Virus record (IMG/VR): IMGVR_UViG_3300035520_000781
Coordinates: 28,998-92,997 of that record
Reading direction: 5' to 3' (one strand)
From: a virus
Lineage: Duplodnaviria; Caudoviricetes
Length of the DNA: 64,000 nt
The position numbers and the translations under genes were made by a program. This document shows, one piece after another, positions 47,353-57,039 of this stretch. Each line of letters starts with the position of its first letter. The first letter of the stretch is position 1. The notes under the pieces were generated by a model. That model made no database searches. It was not told where the DNA came from and saw only the letters and a program-made list of their open reading frames with translations.

Positions 47353-48243
47353 TTATTTAAAATAACTTAAAATATCTGTTAAGATATTTTTATTTGTAGA
47401 CACAAATGTAATATCTTTTTCAGACTTATGAGTCTGTACTCCATTACCTGAAAAGAAATAATGAATATCAAGAACATGATATTCTTTTGTGGGGTCAACC
47501 ATCATCTTAACATCGATGTTATTGGGGTATCCCATATTTCTAAACATATCTCCTCTTTCAGCCATGCAGAAATACTCCAGGTCAGCAATTTGCTTTCCAT
47601 TACCTACAGTAACATCAGAGTCACTATATTCAACTGTTCCCCAGCATACTTCTTCACCTTCCCAAGTTACTGTAGTAGGAGTGAGCTCAAAATTAACAGC
47701 ATCCTGAGAAAGAATGCCTAATCTCCAAGGTTGGTCTCCTACTTCTGTAATAGTAATGCCATCAGCAGAGCCTTCAAAAGTTAAAAGGGGCTGAACTTCT
47801 CTACTAAAGTTTCTGGTGAGAGATTCTGCCATCTTCTTATAGAAGGCTTCCTTATCAGTAGTCATTGCCTTAGTAGCATGGACTGCAGCAGACTTAATTA
47901 AAACACAAGCATCACCAGGAGCAAGATAATTATTAATAGTAACTCTCAGAATATAATCCTGACCCTGAATAGGGTTGCCGTCATTTACTTCAGTATCAAG
48001 TGTTACTACAGCCTTTTTAAGTTTTCTGCTCAAATCTGCAGCATCTGTAATCTTTGTATAGGTTACATTAGCAGTAGGAATAGCGTCTGTTCTTGTCACT
48101 CCTCCTAAACCCTTATGTTTTATTATCACAGTGCCATCTTTGTATTTTATAGGCTGTATCATACCAATAGTAGAAGGCGCTTCTTCTTCCTCTACACTAG
48201 TTACCACGTAGAATTGTCTGTTTTGGTTTACAGAATAAATCAT
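47353..48243 (-). CDS. Auxiliary capsid protein (probable)
   Basis: 296 aa with YSVNQNRQFYV and ADLEYFCMAERGD..R..GYP. High-expression codon style, followed by a terminator. Confidence 0.7.
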   Translation of the reverse strand: MIYSVNQNRQFYVVTSVEEEEAPSTIGMIQPIKYKDGTVIIKHKGLGGVTRTDAIPTANVTYTKITDAADLSRKLKKAVVTLDTEVNDGNPIQGQDYILRVTINNYLAPGDACVLIKSAAVHATKAMTTDKEAFYKKMAESLTRNFSREVQPLLTFEGSADGITITEVGDQPWRLGILSQDAVNFELTPTTVTWEGEEVCWGTVEYSDSDVTVGNGKQIADLEYFCMAERGDMFRNMGYPNNIDVKMMVDPTKEYHVLDIHYFFSGNGVQTHKSEKDITFVSTNKNILTDILSYFK

Positions 48244-48292
48244 ATTATTAATTGGATTTAATTAAACAATAGCTTTATTAAAAAGCTGTGAA

Positions 48293-49009
48293 TTATGAAT
48301 TTTTACTTTGATTACTCTTACTACTAAGAGCTAATAGAACTGCCCTTTCAAGAATAGGTCTATGCAACACAGAATCTAATTTACAATTAGTTTCCTGTCC
48401 ATTTACTTCAGGAAATACTCCCATCTCAGATAGATTAGTTAAAACTATAGGAGTAGGTTTTGATATATATCTTACAGTATATCTACTAAGATTATATTTA
48501 GAAACAATCTCTACTATATCTAATCCATTATCTAATCTTAAAGCCTTTCTTTTATTAGCTTGTTTAAATGGATTACCCATAGCTCTATAAAACTCATCTT
48601 GAGTTACAGGAATTACTACTATAGTTTCTCCATCTTTACATCCTGCATCTTGGTCATTAATAGTTGCAGCTTCATATGTTATAAATAATATATCTGAAGG
48701 AAGTTTGAAGAATTTTGAATACTTTGATAAACCTTTATAGTCACCCTCAGTTATATCCAATGAAGCTGTCTTAATGAGATTTCTTAAATTAGCCCTAAGC
48801 TCTTCTGTCTTTTCAAAGGAAGATAATTTATCATTTCTTCCACTGTATAGTTCAATAATAATTTGGTCTTGAGCCTCGGTTAGAAATAAAGATTTTTCAT
48901 ATTCATCTAATGAAACATCTGCTCTTGAGTGAGTATCTCCAAACTCAAATTTATTATTATAACTATTGATAAGAGTATCAAAAGCATTGCTAAATTCTTC
49001 TGTTGTCAT
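48293..49009 (-). CDS. Head-tail ring protein
   Basis: Paralog of the 49012-49986 protein (MT..EFSN.FD..EYEKS.FLT.AQD and C.LD..LH..IL.RAV). Confidence 0.7.
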   Translation of the reverse strand: MTTEEFSNAFDTLINSYNNKFEFGDTHSRADVSLDEYEKSLFLTEAQDQIIIELYSGRNDKLSSFEKTEELRANLRNLIKTASLDITEGDYKGLSKYSKFFKLPSDILFITYEAATINDQDAGCKDGETIVVIPVTQDEFYRAMGNPFKQANKRKALRLDNGLDIVEIVSKYNLSRYTVRYISKPTPIVLTNLSEMGVFPEVNGQETNCKLDSVLHRPILERAVLLALSSKSNQSKNS

Positions 49010-49011
49010 AA

Positions 49012-49986
49012 TTATCTAGATGATTGTGCAGCAACAGCACCTACATTAGTTTGACTTGAAGAGCCCAATGCTATTTGACTATTTAAATCTCCAGTGTAAG
49101 AAGCCTTTGCAAGTTCTACTGCTCTTTGGAGAATTTCCTGGTGAAGAATGGGGTCAAGCTCACAGGTTTGTTCTGTACTTTCACCATCCAGAGTTACATC
49201 ATCAAAGTCAATAAGTCTTATAGCTCTGGGTCTCTTTATATACCTTATAACATAATCTGTAATTGTATCATTGGGGCCTACAACAAGCTCTGCTCTTTTA
49301 ACAGGATTATCTACAGAACTCAGTTCATTAGAACTATTATCTAAGATTCTCCATGCTTGATAATTAAGAGGTCTTTTATAAGGCTTACTCATTAATCTTG
49401 AGTACTCAGTATAAGTAATGGGAACTACTGTAAGAATTGTTTCTTTTGATTTTCCATTACTCTTTCTCCATACTACAACATACTCATTAATGAACATTAA
49501 AATCTCAGAGTCTAAAACTATTGAGTTTGAATTCTCTCTATAATCAAAAAAAGAATATACAAATGGGGAGGCAGTCAGATGCCCCTTAGTAGTATACTCA
49601 TCTTGATAAGTTCTAATATAATTTTGGTCAATAGCCTTATCTTGATTAAGAGTAAGAGTATATTTATTAGCCTTTAAAAGCTTTTCTAATTCTGCAAAAC
49701 TTTTAATAACAGGCCACACTTCTCCAGTTTCATCTGAAACTTTATAGTCCAAAGTGTAGTATTTAACACTTCTCATAATCATAGAGAAGTCAATCTGCCT
49801 CTTTTCATTCCCATCAAATCCTTCCTGAGTTTTATTAAGGCTTGGATTAAAGTAAGACCTAACTATTTCATCTTGAGCCTTAGTAAGAAATACTGACTTT
49901 TCATATTCATCCAATCCAGGAGCTTGGTTAGACATTATATTATTGTACAGTACATCAAACTGATTGCTAAATTCTAAATTTGTCAT
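49012..49986 (-). CDS. Head-tail ring protein
   Basis: Shares N- and C-terminal motifs with the 48293-49009 protein and carries an internal insertion. Confidence 0.7.
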   Translation of the reverse strand: MTNLEFSNQFDVLYNNIMSNQAPGLDEYEKSVFLTKAQDEIVRSYFNPSLNKTQEGFDGNEKRQIDFSMIMRSVKYYTLDYKVSDETGEVWPVIKSFAELEKLLKANKYTLTLNQDKAIDQNYIRTYQDEYTTKGHLTASPFVYSFFDYRENSNSIVLDSEILMFINEYVVVWRKSNGKSKETILTVVPITYTEYSRLMSKPYKRPLNYQAWRILDNSSNELSSVDNPVKRAELVVGPNDTITDYVIRYIKRPRAIRLIDFDDVTLDGESTEQTCELDPILHQEILQRAVELAKASYTGDLNSQIALGSSSQTNVGAVAAQSSR

Positions 49987-50021
49987 TTAATGAATATATT
50001 GTAGCACATAGTGCTAATTAA

Positions 50022-50927
50022 TTACTGATTTAACATAGCCTCAAGACCCAGTTTAATATCTTGATTTCTGGGGTTATTGAGGTACTTAACTGCAATACTC
50101 AGAATAGGCTCTTCATTATCCCCACACAAAGGAGTACCATCAGATTTAAGGTAGAGGTAATCTCCTCTCTTAATAATATTACCTGCATCAATACTTCTTC
50201 TAATAAGTACCTTAGTAGGTAGAGTTTCATCCTTTACTACCTTAAGGAATTGCTTGGGATTAGATTGAATGTAATTATTAATCTTAGTCTGTAAGAAGTC
50301 CTTCTTAGTATTAGGAGCAAGTTTCTTACCTTCCATAAGCTCTACAATAGTAGCAAGAACTTCTACATCATCTTCAATCTTACCAAACTCTTTATAGCAC
50401 TCAATGGTAATATCCATGCTTCTCTTTGCGGAATCTACCTGGTCATTACCTGCGATAATTACAAATTGATATGTAGCTTTAGGTCTATCTTCAAGAGCCT
50501 TTTGTGAAGGAGCAATAAAGTCTTTATTAGCAAGAAGAATCTTATATCTAATGTAATCTTCAGGAACACTTAAGTCAAGATAATTGTCTTGTTTTCTAAG
50601 TTTAACCTTATTAATTCCCTGAGGGTTAGCATCACTCCAAAAATTATTCTCCTTTTTATATACACTTAAAGAGCCTTTCTCCATTCCAAGAAAATTCTCA
50701 AGGAATGCCATCTCACTATTAGTAAGTACATTTACAAATGTACCAGTAGTCAACTTAGGTACTACAAAGGTCTTTACTGCATCTTCTGCCATACCTCCAT
50801 ACAAAATATGTCTGGGGTCAGTTACCATGTGACTTTGTCTAGGAACATACCTAATACAAACCTTTTCATTTCTGAGGCAGCTAATAAATTGCTGCTCTTC
50901 TACAACTTCTTCTACTTTTTTTGCCAT
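50022..50927 (-). CDS. Conserved crAss protein downstream of the major capsid gene
   Basis: 301 aa at the conserved position after the MCP. Function not assignable from sequence. Confidence 0.65.
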   Translation of the reverse strand: MAKKVEEVVEEQQFISCLRNEKVCIRYVPRQSHMVTDPRHILYGGMAEDAVKTFVVPKLTTGTFVNVLTNSEMAFLENFLGMEKGSLSVYKKENNFWSDANPQGINKVKLRKQDNYLDLSVPEDYIRYKILLANKDFIAPSQKALEDRPKATYQFVIIAGNDQVDSAKRSMDITIECYKEFGKIEDDVEVLATIVELMEGKKLAPNTKKDFLQTKINNYIQSNPKQFLKVVKDETLPTKVLIRRSIDAGNIIKRGDYLYLKSDGTPLCGDNEEPILSIAVKYLNNPRNQDIKLGLEAMLNQ

Positions 50928-50942
50928 GATTTTAAAATAATA

Positions 50943-50972
50943 AAGGGAAGGAGGGGCTAACCTCCCTCCCTT
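50943..50972 (-). terminator. Terminator after the major capsid gene
   Basis: AAGGGAAGGAGG / CCTCCCTCCCTT stem with an A-rich left flank. Confidence 0.85.
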
Positions 50973-50989
50973 ATTTGATTTATATTAAT

Positions 50990-52498
50990 TTATCCTTGAA
51001 GGATTGCAGGGATAATTGACATTGTTCTAGTGGGGTCAAGAACACAGATACCAAATGTAGTCATCTTGTGGATTGTAGAAGCATCTTCATCATTAGAAGC
51101 ATATTCTACATTAGTCTTGCCTGTCCAGGGGTCTCTAATACCAGGCTGGATACTTCTAATTTCATCCTGTCCCTTAAGCTTACACTTAAAGATATTAGGT
51201 TCATTAGAAGAACCAAGGTCAAGAATGTCATATCTATAAGAACTTGCAGGGCCACCAAGGCTGTGCTGTATCTTATTATTTACAGGGTCATCATAGAATC
51301 TATCAATTTCAACCTTAATGTTAAGGCCACTTGCAGTTCTATACTCTGTAAATTGATAACCAGCAGCTAAAGCATTGGGATGCCATCCTGTAGTCTTTCT
51401 AATCATGCCAAGATTGTCAGCATTGATAGTAAGGTTAGTCCATCCTGAGATAGTATCATTTACTGCCTTGCTAAACTGCTCAGCACCCTTCATACCAGTT
51501 CTAATTACAATAGTTCTGTTCTCTACATCAGGTCTATTATAACACAGGTCATAGAGAGCATCTTCAATCAACTTAAGACTGAAATCATTGTAATAAGAAG
51601 TATTGGCAACTTCAAGTTGAGCATAAAGACCATCACCCATTCTAATAGCTTCCCCTGACTTACCAAAGTTCAGATATTCACCATTAGCATTTTGGTTTGA
51701 AGTACCCCAAGCCATAGCAATGTTCTTATAGTCTTGCCATTGCTTCTCAAGTACATAGTCTTCAGTGTGCATCCACAGGGTAGTTGTAGTGTGTCTAGTG
51801 CCATCCTGAGATTCCATAGGAACACCAACTGCAGTCTTTGCATTAAGAAGAGCACCTGATACCTTATGCTTAATTCTCAAAGTAGTCCATTCATTACTCA
51901 TGGATACAGGAGAATTAAATCTCACACCACCTACACTTCTTGACAGCTCTCTTTCTACAGGAGCAAAGCCTACAGAGAATCTCTCACCAGATTGGAGTCT
52001 TTCACCAGGAACACCAGTAGTGTTACCTCCCATCAGCTCAACCTTATAAACATAGTGAGTTCCTTCTACCTTAGCATCTTCAAGAATCCTAAAAGGATAA
52101 ACCTGGTTAAGATTACCAAAGATTACTTCGCCATCAAAGAAGTAGTGCTCAGCAAATACCAAATAGAAGGGTTCTGTTCCAGCACCAGCAGTAACATTAG
52201 CTGTTATTACTATGCCATTTAAATCTCTAGCTTCTAAAAGAGGAATATTTCTTCTAACAGAACCAATTACATCCCAGTAATATCTGTCATCATTCTCAAA
52301 TTCCTTCACAGTCAGACCAGACAGCAATGAATCAAGAGAAGCACCTCTCTTAGCAGCAAAAAGTTCAACCATTAAATTTGATACCTTTTGAGGCTCCATT
52401 CTAAAAACAGGGTTAGAATAGATATGGTTCAACTTACTAACTTTAGGTGCCCAACCTTGGAAGCCAACTGTCTGAAATTTATTCAGTTGTCCTGCCAT
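50990..52498 (-). CDS. Major capsid protein (HK97 fold, crAss type)
   Basis: 502 aa, high-expression codons, G.GL..Q and TG.KG motifs, C-terminal GICVLDPTR. Located after a scaffold-like gene. Confidence 0.88.
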   Translation of the reverse strand: MAGQLNKFQTVGFQGWAPKVSKLNHIYSNPVFRMEPQKVSNLMVELFAAKRGASLDSLLSGLTVKEFENDDRYYWDVIGSVRRNIPLLEARDLNGIVITANVTAGAGTEPFYLVFAEHYFFDGEVIFGNLNQVYPFRILEDAKVEGTHYVYKVELMGGNTTGVPGERLQSGERFSVGFAPVERELSRSVGGVRFNSPVSMSNEWTTLRIKHKVSGALLNAKTAVGVPMESQDGTRHTTTTLWMHTEDYVLEKQWQDYKNIAMAWGTSNQNANGEYLNFGKSGEAIRMGDGLYAQLEVANTSYYNDFSLKLIEDALYDLCYNRPDVENRTIVIRTGMKGAEQFSKAVNDTISGWTNLTINADNLGMIRKTTGWHPNALAAGYQFTEYRTASGLNIKVEIDRFYDDPVNNKIQHSLGGPASSYRYDILDLGSSNEPNIFKCKLKGQDEIRSIQPGIRDPWTGKTNVEYASNDEDASTIHKMTTFGICVLDPTRTMSIIPAILQG

Positions 52499-52519
52499 AA
52501 ATTGTAATATTATAAAACA

Positions 52520-53674
52520 TTAAACACTTAGTTTCCATCCTTTGAAAAGAGACTCAGGGTCAGTGTCACCACTATTATTAGCTAATGACAGATTGCCACC
52601 TCTAAAATCTTGACTACTCTTTAAAGTATTTTCAAGATTTCTAAGACTTTTCTTTGTCTCTTTTTTTACTTTATCAGTAACAAGTCTGTCTATGTTCTTA
52701 AATCCATCAGTGAGAACAAACAACAGACCTACATTCTTTAAGAAATCAGTTCTATGTTCAAGCTCATACTTCTGTACTGCTGTAAGCTTATCACCAGAGT
52801 CGGGGTCAGTATATACAGGTTTCATAATACTGTCATATACTTTCTGTCTGGTATTCTTATCTACCTTGACCTCACCAAATGCAGTGTCTTCTTCAAGAAT
52901 AGATTTTCTAAGTGCTTCAGACTGTTGCTTGAACTTCTCCTGCTCTTCTTGTGCTTCTTTCTTAGCTTTATCAAGCACAGATTGATACTGCTCTTTATAG
53001 AAAGTTTTGTTATCCTCAAGGGCCTCTTTTGCATCTTCAAGGTCAGTACCAGCTTTAAAAGATTTATCAACCATCTTCATAGCTCTTTCCTTTGAATAGC
53101 CCTTGTTAATACAATCTTGATAAATTAAATTCTTTCTAAGATTCTCACCTTCTTCATCCTCAGAGTTAAGTTTATCCTCTGTAACTCCATCAAGTATTCC
53201 AATAAATCTTTCATACTTTTGAATTTCAGTAGGTTCTACTCCAAGGTTTAATGCTTCACTAACTCTCTTTTGTTGTTCATCAAGTTGACTTTTAATTTGA
53301 TTAGAGATAGCTTCTGCAAAATCTTCAGCAGTTTTAATCTTAGAGAGTTCTCCTTCATCAAGGTTTTGAAGGATACCATCTTCTACAAGAGCATTGGCAA
53401 TGGAAGAGTAGAAGTTGGAAGAGGAACCACTAGTAGAAGTGGTATCCTTCTTTTCCTTTGTTTCTTCTTCACTACCTACGCTCTCTGACAAATCTTCATC
53501 AAATAGTTCATTAAGATTTGCCTCAGTAGTTTCGACTATTTCTTTTTCAGAAGAGCCTTCTTTTTCTTCCTTTTCAGGTTCCTTCTTAGGCTCTTCTTCT
53601 TGTATTTTTTCATTAGAGAAAAGACCATTAATTTGGTCTTCACTCAGTATATTATCCAAAGATAACTCATCCAT
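52520..53674 (-). CDS. Probable capsid scaffolding protein
   Basis: Highly acidic N-terminus, coiled coil, and position immediately upstream of the MCP. Confidence 0.7.
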   Translation of the reverse strand: MDELSLDNILSEDQINGLFSNEKIQEEEPKKEPEKEEKEGSSEKEIVETTEANLNELFDEDLSESVGSEEETKEKKDTTSTSGSSSNFYSSIANALVEDGILQNLDEGELSKIKTAEDFAEAISNQIKSQLDEQQKRVSEALNLGVEPTEIQKYERFIGILDGVTEDKLNSEDEEGENLRKNLIYQDCINKGYSKERAMKMVDKSFKAGTDLEDAKEALEDNKTFYKEQYQSVLDKAKKEAQEEQEKFKQQSEALRKSILEEDTAFGEVKVDKNTRQKVYDSIMKPVYTDPDSGDKLTAVQKYELEHRTDFLKNVGLLFVLTDGFKNIDRLVTDKVKKETKKSLRNLENTLKSSQDFRGGNLSLANNSGDTDPESLFKGWKLSV

Positions 53675-53697
53675 AATTCCTCTTATTTAAACTTCTG

Positions 53698-53707
53698 TGC
53701 AAAGTTA
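53698..53707 (-). promoter_or_regulatory. -7 promoter box for the capsid operon
   Basis: Minus strand TAACTTTGCA just upstream of the scaffold ATG. Confidence 0.7.
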
Positions 53708-53776
53708 ATAATAATGGGAAATATATGAAAGAGTTTTAATAGTTTACTAATATAATATATAATACTATTATTATAC

Positions 53777-53812
53777 AAAAATAGGGAAGACAATTTAATA
53801 CCTTCCCTATTT
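53777..53812 (-). terminator. Terminator ending the accessory operon
   Basis: AAATAGGGAAG / CTTCCCTATTT stem. Confidence 0.8.
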
Positions 53813-53818
53813 AAAATA

Positions 53819-54217
53819 TTACAACTCTACAATAGAGTACAAAGCTTCTTCTAATACTGATTGAGATAAATCACCACTCATATGTGCAGCTTCTTCAGAA
53901 TATGGATTAATATCTAAAGCCTCACATATGTGCATTTGTAAATGGCTCTTTTCATGCTCAAAAGTATTGATGAATTCTCCTATACTTGATGCTTTATGGA
54001 TAACAAGTATTGACCAATTATATTCATAATTAGAGTAAGCAAATCCTGTATCCATTTTGGCTTTATTAAGATTATTGATTATAGACTGCAATGTTTCTTC
54101 ATTACAATGTACACTTTTTAAAGTATCTATAATCTCTGACTTACTATCATCATCTACTGTATAATAAATGGTAACAGTCCAGTCATATTTATCCATCTTG
54201 AAATGCTGAACACACAT
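53819..54217 (-). CDS. Small zincin-like metallopeptidase
   Basis: HEKSH (HExxH) followed by SEEAAH. Confidence 0.6.
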   Translation of the reverse strand: MCVQHFKMDKYDWTVTIYYTVDDDSKSEIIDTLKSVHCNEETLQSIINNLNKAKMDTGFAYSNYEYNWSILVIHKASSIGEFINTFEHEKSHLQMHICEALDINPYSEEAAHMSGDLSQSVLEEALYSIVEL

Positions 54218-54219
54218 AG

Positions 54220-54441
54220 TTACTTATATTTTTCTTTCAGTCTTTCAATCTTTTCTTCAAAGCCTTCTCTCATTTGCATCCTACTTTTACCACTCTTTTC
54301 ATTATAAGCTTCCATCTCTTTCATAGCCTTCTTATAGCCATGTTCACAGCCTTCATTAAAAGCCTGCTCAATAAGAGAGTCAGTGTCTTTCATCTCAGTA
54401 CTGTGCATAGAGCCTTCAGTTATTTTATATATTCTAGCCAT
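54220..54441 (-). CDS. Hypothetical protein
   Basis: 73-aa charged ORF within the operon. Confidence 0.7.
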   Translation of the reverse strand: MARIYKITEGSMHSTEMKDTDSLIEQAFNEGCEHGYKKAMKEMEAYNEKSGKSRMQMREGFEEKIERLKEKYK

Positions 54442-54445
54442 AGTA

Positions 54446-54826
54446 TTATGATTTAGAGGTTAATGCTTCTTTTAATCCTTCAATATCTTCAGAATTAAAT
54501 ACCAAGCTTTTATTTATCATAGGTATCTTTAACTTAATAATTCCATCACCTATTTCCATATCTCCAAGTAATCCTGTATTAAATGTAAATGTCTTTGATT
54601 GCATTGCAGATTCAGCCATTTCTGTAAGTATATTCTCAATATCAACCTTACCATCCTCATCAGCAATAAGGCTTATTAAACTCTTGATTTTACTAAAATT
54701 CTTGTCAATAGCTCTTGTAATTATAGGTTTTATAAATCCAACTATAGGTGAGTCTTTTGAAAGACTTTCAACCTGTCCAAGAATATACTCTTTTAATTTA
54801 ATATCCAATTGTTCAATAGTTACCAT
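54446..54826 (-). CDS. Hypothetical protein
   Basis: 126-aa ORF overlapping the upstream gene. Confidence 0.75.
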   Translation of the reverse strand: MVTIEQLDIKLKEYILGQVESLSKDSPIVGFIKPIITRAIDKNFSKIKSLISLIADEDGKVDIENILTEMAESAMQSKTFTFNTGLLGDMEIGDGIIKLKIPMINKSLVFNSEDIEGLKEALTSKS

Positions 54827-55289
54827 TATACATTAGTTTTAGGAATTCTTCATAAGTAGCATTAGGATGTTGCTTTGTATAGTCCTTAAACTTTACAAAT
54901 AACTCCATCTCTTTATTAGTATCATTTATTATTTTATTCTTGAGCCTCTTAACTATCTTCAGTTGGTTACTCAAAAGTTCTTTACCTCTTTCAGTATTTT
55001 CAATTCTTGGCTTTACAATATTAAGTATTTCAGCTTGAACCATATCTTGAATTTCATTATAATTATCTAAATAATCACTATCCTGAAAGAGCCTTTCCCT
55101 TTGTTCTTTAGTCATAGGTTTAACCTCTGCATCAACATCATCCCATATTAACTTTACAGACTGGGTTTGTTGCATAGCTTTAAGTTGATTTAACTTAGCT
55201 TGGTATAACTGCATCTGTGTATCTATATTATCAAATGTAGATGCCATAGGGTCTGCATTGCCTAGTATTACTTGATTAACTGGATACAT
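54813..55289 (-). CDS. Hypothetical helical protein
   Basis: 158-aa ORF within the operon. Confidence 0.75.
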   Translation of the reverse strand: MYPVNQVILGNADPMASTFDNIDTQMQLYQAKLNQLKAMQQTQSVKLIWDDVDAEVKPMTKEQRERLFQDSDYLDNYNEIQDMVQAEILNIVKPRIENTERGKELLSNQLKIVKRLKNKIINDTNKEMELFVKFKDYTKQHPNATYEEFLKLMYNGNY

Positions 55290-55309
55290 AAAAACTTGGT
55301 ATTTAATGT

Positions 55310-56113
55310 TTAGATATTAGGCTGTACTGTAGAACCACAACTGCAAGAGCAGCCACTCTGCAAAGGATTAAACAGATTTCTTAAAGTAGTAGTAGTGCCA
55401 GTAGTTACATTAGCAACAGCAATAGGATAGAATGTACTATTTGCATAGTTGACAATCTTACCATCATTGCAGCATCTTCTCTCAGCTTCAAGAGCAATAC
55501 CACTCTGTGCAGCATTATTTACACAGTTAATCTGCATATCAAGAACCTTAGCTCTCCAAGGTTCTACTGCATCAGCTACAGCTTGCTTAGTTTCTAATTG
55601 AGAGATTCTTCCAGATAGAGCATCAAAGTTATCTCTTTGAGCTTTATACAAAGCAAAGGTACTTTCATTGAGCTTCTTGTTTATACCATCAAATCCATTT
55701 CTTTGGTTCTGATATAAACCAAAATCTCCGTCTACTTGTGATTTCCAAACACTGAATAATTGATTATCTATTGTTTGTCTGTCACTAAATCTTTGCTCTT
55801 GCTCAGAAAGCATACCTTCATAGAAATTAGTAGTAGCCTTTAAGTAATTATCACAGCCTTGTTCCCATGCTTGAAAGGCAGTAGGAGCATTAGTTCCATT
55901 GGCAGTTCCTAAACCTGAGGCTAATATATTAATATTCTCAGGGGTAGAAGAACTTCCAAATAAACTTAAACCACTGTTTCTATTACTGAGAGCCAATAAA
56001 CCAAGAGCAGTCCCGGCTATTCCCAAGCCTAACCCCGTGCCTGCAACTCCTTTAGAAGCATACTCTTTCTTATCTTCTCTAACTACAGTATCTTCTTCTT
56101 CTAAAATTCTCAT
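55310..56113 (-). CDS. Gly-zipper/TM plus coiled-coil protein with Cys-rich tail
   Basis: GVAGTGLGLGIAGTALGLLAL, coiled coil, RRCC and GCSCSCG. Confidence 0.75.
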   Translation of the reverse strand: MRILEEEDTVVREDKKEYASKGVAGTGLGLGIAGTALGLLALSNRNSGLSLFGSSSTPENINILASGLGTANGTNAPTAFQAWEQGCDNYLKATTNFYEGMLSEQEQRFSDRQTIDNQLFSVWKSQVDGDFGLYQNQRNGFDGINKKLNESTFALYKAQRDNFDALSGRISQLETKQAVADAVEPWRAKVLDMQINCVNNAAQSGIALEAERRCCNDGKIVNYANSTFYPIAVANVTTGTTTTLRNLFNPLQSGCSCSCGSTVQPNI

Positions 56114-56162
56114 AGTAATGAAGTTATTGTTTATTAATTAATGTTATTTTGTAAGCTTACAG

Positions 56163-56172
56163 TGCAAAGGTA
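56163..56172 (-). promoter_or_regulatory. -7 promoter box for the accessory operon
   Basis: Minus strand TACCTTTGCA. Confidence 0.7.
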
Positions 56173-56207
56173 AGTAGAATAAATTAATAAACATAACAAT
56201 GCTAATA

Positions 56208-56248
56208 TAAAAAAGAAACACCCATAAAGCCTTAACTTTATGAGTGTT
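56208..56248 (-). terminator. Terminator after the lysis/HTH genes
   Basis: AACACCCATAAAG / CTTTATGAGTGTT stem with an A-run on the left. Confidence 0.75.
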
Positions 56249-56279
56249 ATATAATAAATATTTAGTATCTTAATGCTAA

Positions 56280-56573
56280 CTAATGTTTACTTTGTATAAA
56301 AGCATCTAAGTCTTTTTCTGTCCAAAATAATTCTTTGAAGCCTATCTCTTTCTTACCTCTCGGCAATAAACCTTCTCTAACATAATTATCAAAGGTTGCT
56401 CTACTAATATTGAGATATTGACAAGCTTTATATTTACTCATCTTCTGAGTTTTATCAGTGTAGGATTGAATCACTTTAGCTATTTCAACTGCTTCTTCTT
56501 CACTAATATTGCTATTCCCAGCATCTATATCATTAATAATTTGAAGCAGTTTCTCTCTTATTACTCTTAACAT
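56280..56573 (-). CDS. Helix-turn-helix DNA-binding protein (excisionase/AlpA-like)
   Basis: MSKYKACQYLNISRATFDNYVREGLLPRG..LFWTEKDL. Confidence 0.8.
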   Translation of the reverse strand: MLRVIREKLLQIINDIDAGNSNISEEEAVEIAKVIQSYTDKTQKMSKYKACQYLNISRATFDNYVREGLLPRGKKEIGFKELFWTEKDLDAFIQSKH

Positions 56574-56937
56574 ATGCTATTAATAATGTGAATAACAAAA
56601 GACCAATGATACTATTATGTAACATTATAAGTTGATTATCTGTCAAAGACAGGTGCCAATAATAATCAACTATATTAATAATATCATCAATTAAAATATA
56701 CCACAGAAACATTCTATGATATAAGCAAAATTTAAATACTATAGTAGCTATATAAACACAGCACCATGTGATTAATGACATTCCTGCTATATTACTTAAT
56801 GGTTCAAAATATATACCAAATGAAGCTAATATAGAACTAGTCATATAGCAAAAGGCAATTACTAAAGGAGTGTATTTAATAGCAAGTATTAGAAGTTTAT
56901 AGAGAGATTTACTTTTTAATTTTTCCTCCACAGCCAT
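56533..56937 (-). CDS. Multi-pass membrane protein
   Basis: Three to four hydrophobic segments in 134 aa. Confidence 0.75.
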   Translation of the reverse strand: MAVEEKLKSKSLYKLLILAIKYTPLVIAFCYMTSSILASFGIYFEPLSNIAGMSLITWCCVYIATIVFKFCLYHRMFLWYILIDDIINIVDYYWHLSLTDNQLIMLHNSIIGLLLFTLLIAYVKSNKRETASNY

Positions 56938-57019
56938 ACTTATGTCCTGGCTTAACTCCAGCCTTTGGCGACATAGGTTTTGGTCTTACAGGTTTCCTTT
57001 TAGTAGTTTTTGTTGCCAT
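56909..57019 (-). CDS. Small highly basic peptide (36 aa), missing from the ORF track
   Basis: MATKTTKRKPVRPKPMSPKAGVKPGHKYGCGGKIKK* fills the gap after the amidase. Confidence 0.65.
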   Translation of the reverse strand: MATKTTKRKPVRPKPMSPKAGVKPGHKYGCGGKIKK

Positions 57020-57039
57020 ACTATATAAAATTTAAATGA

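Noticed and set aside
56280-56573. Excisionase indicating a temperate or integrated element
   Set aside because: No integrase, att site or host genes are present in the window. The HTH is more simply a regulator.
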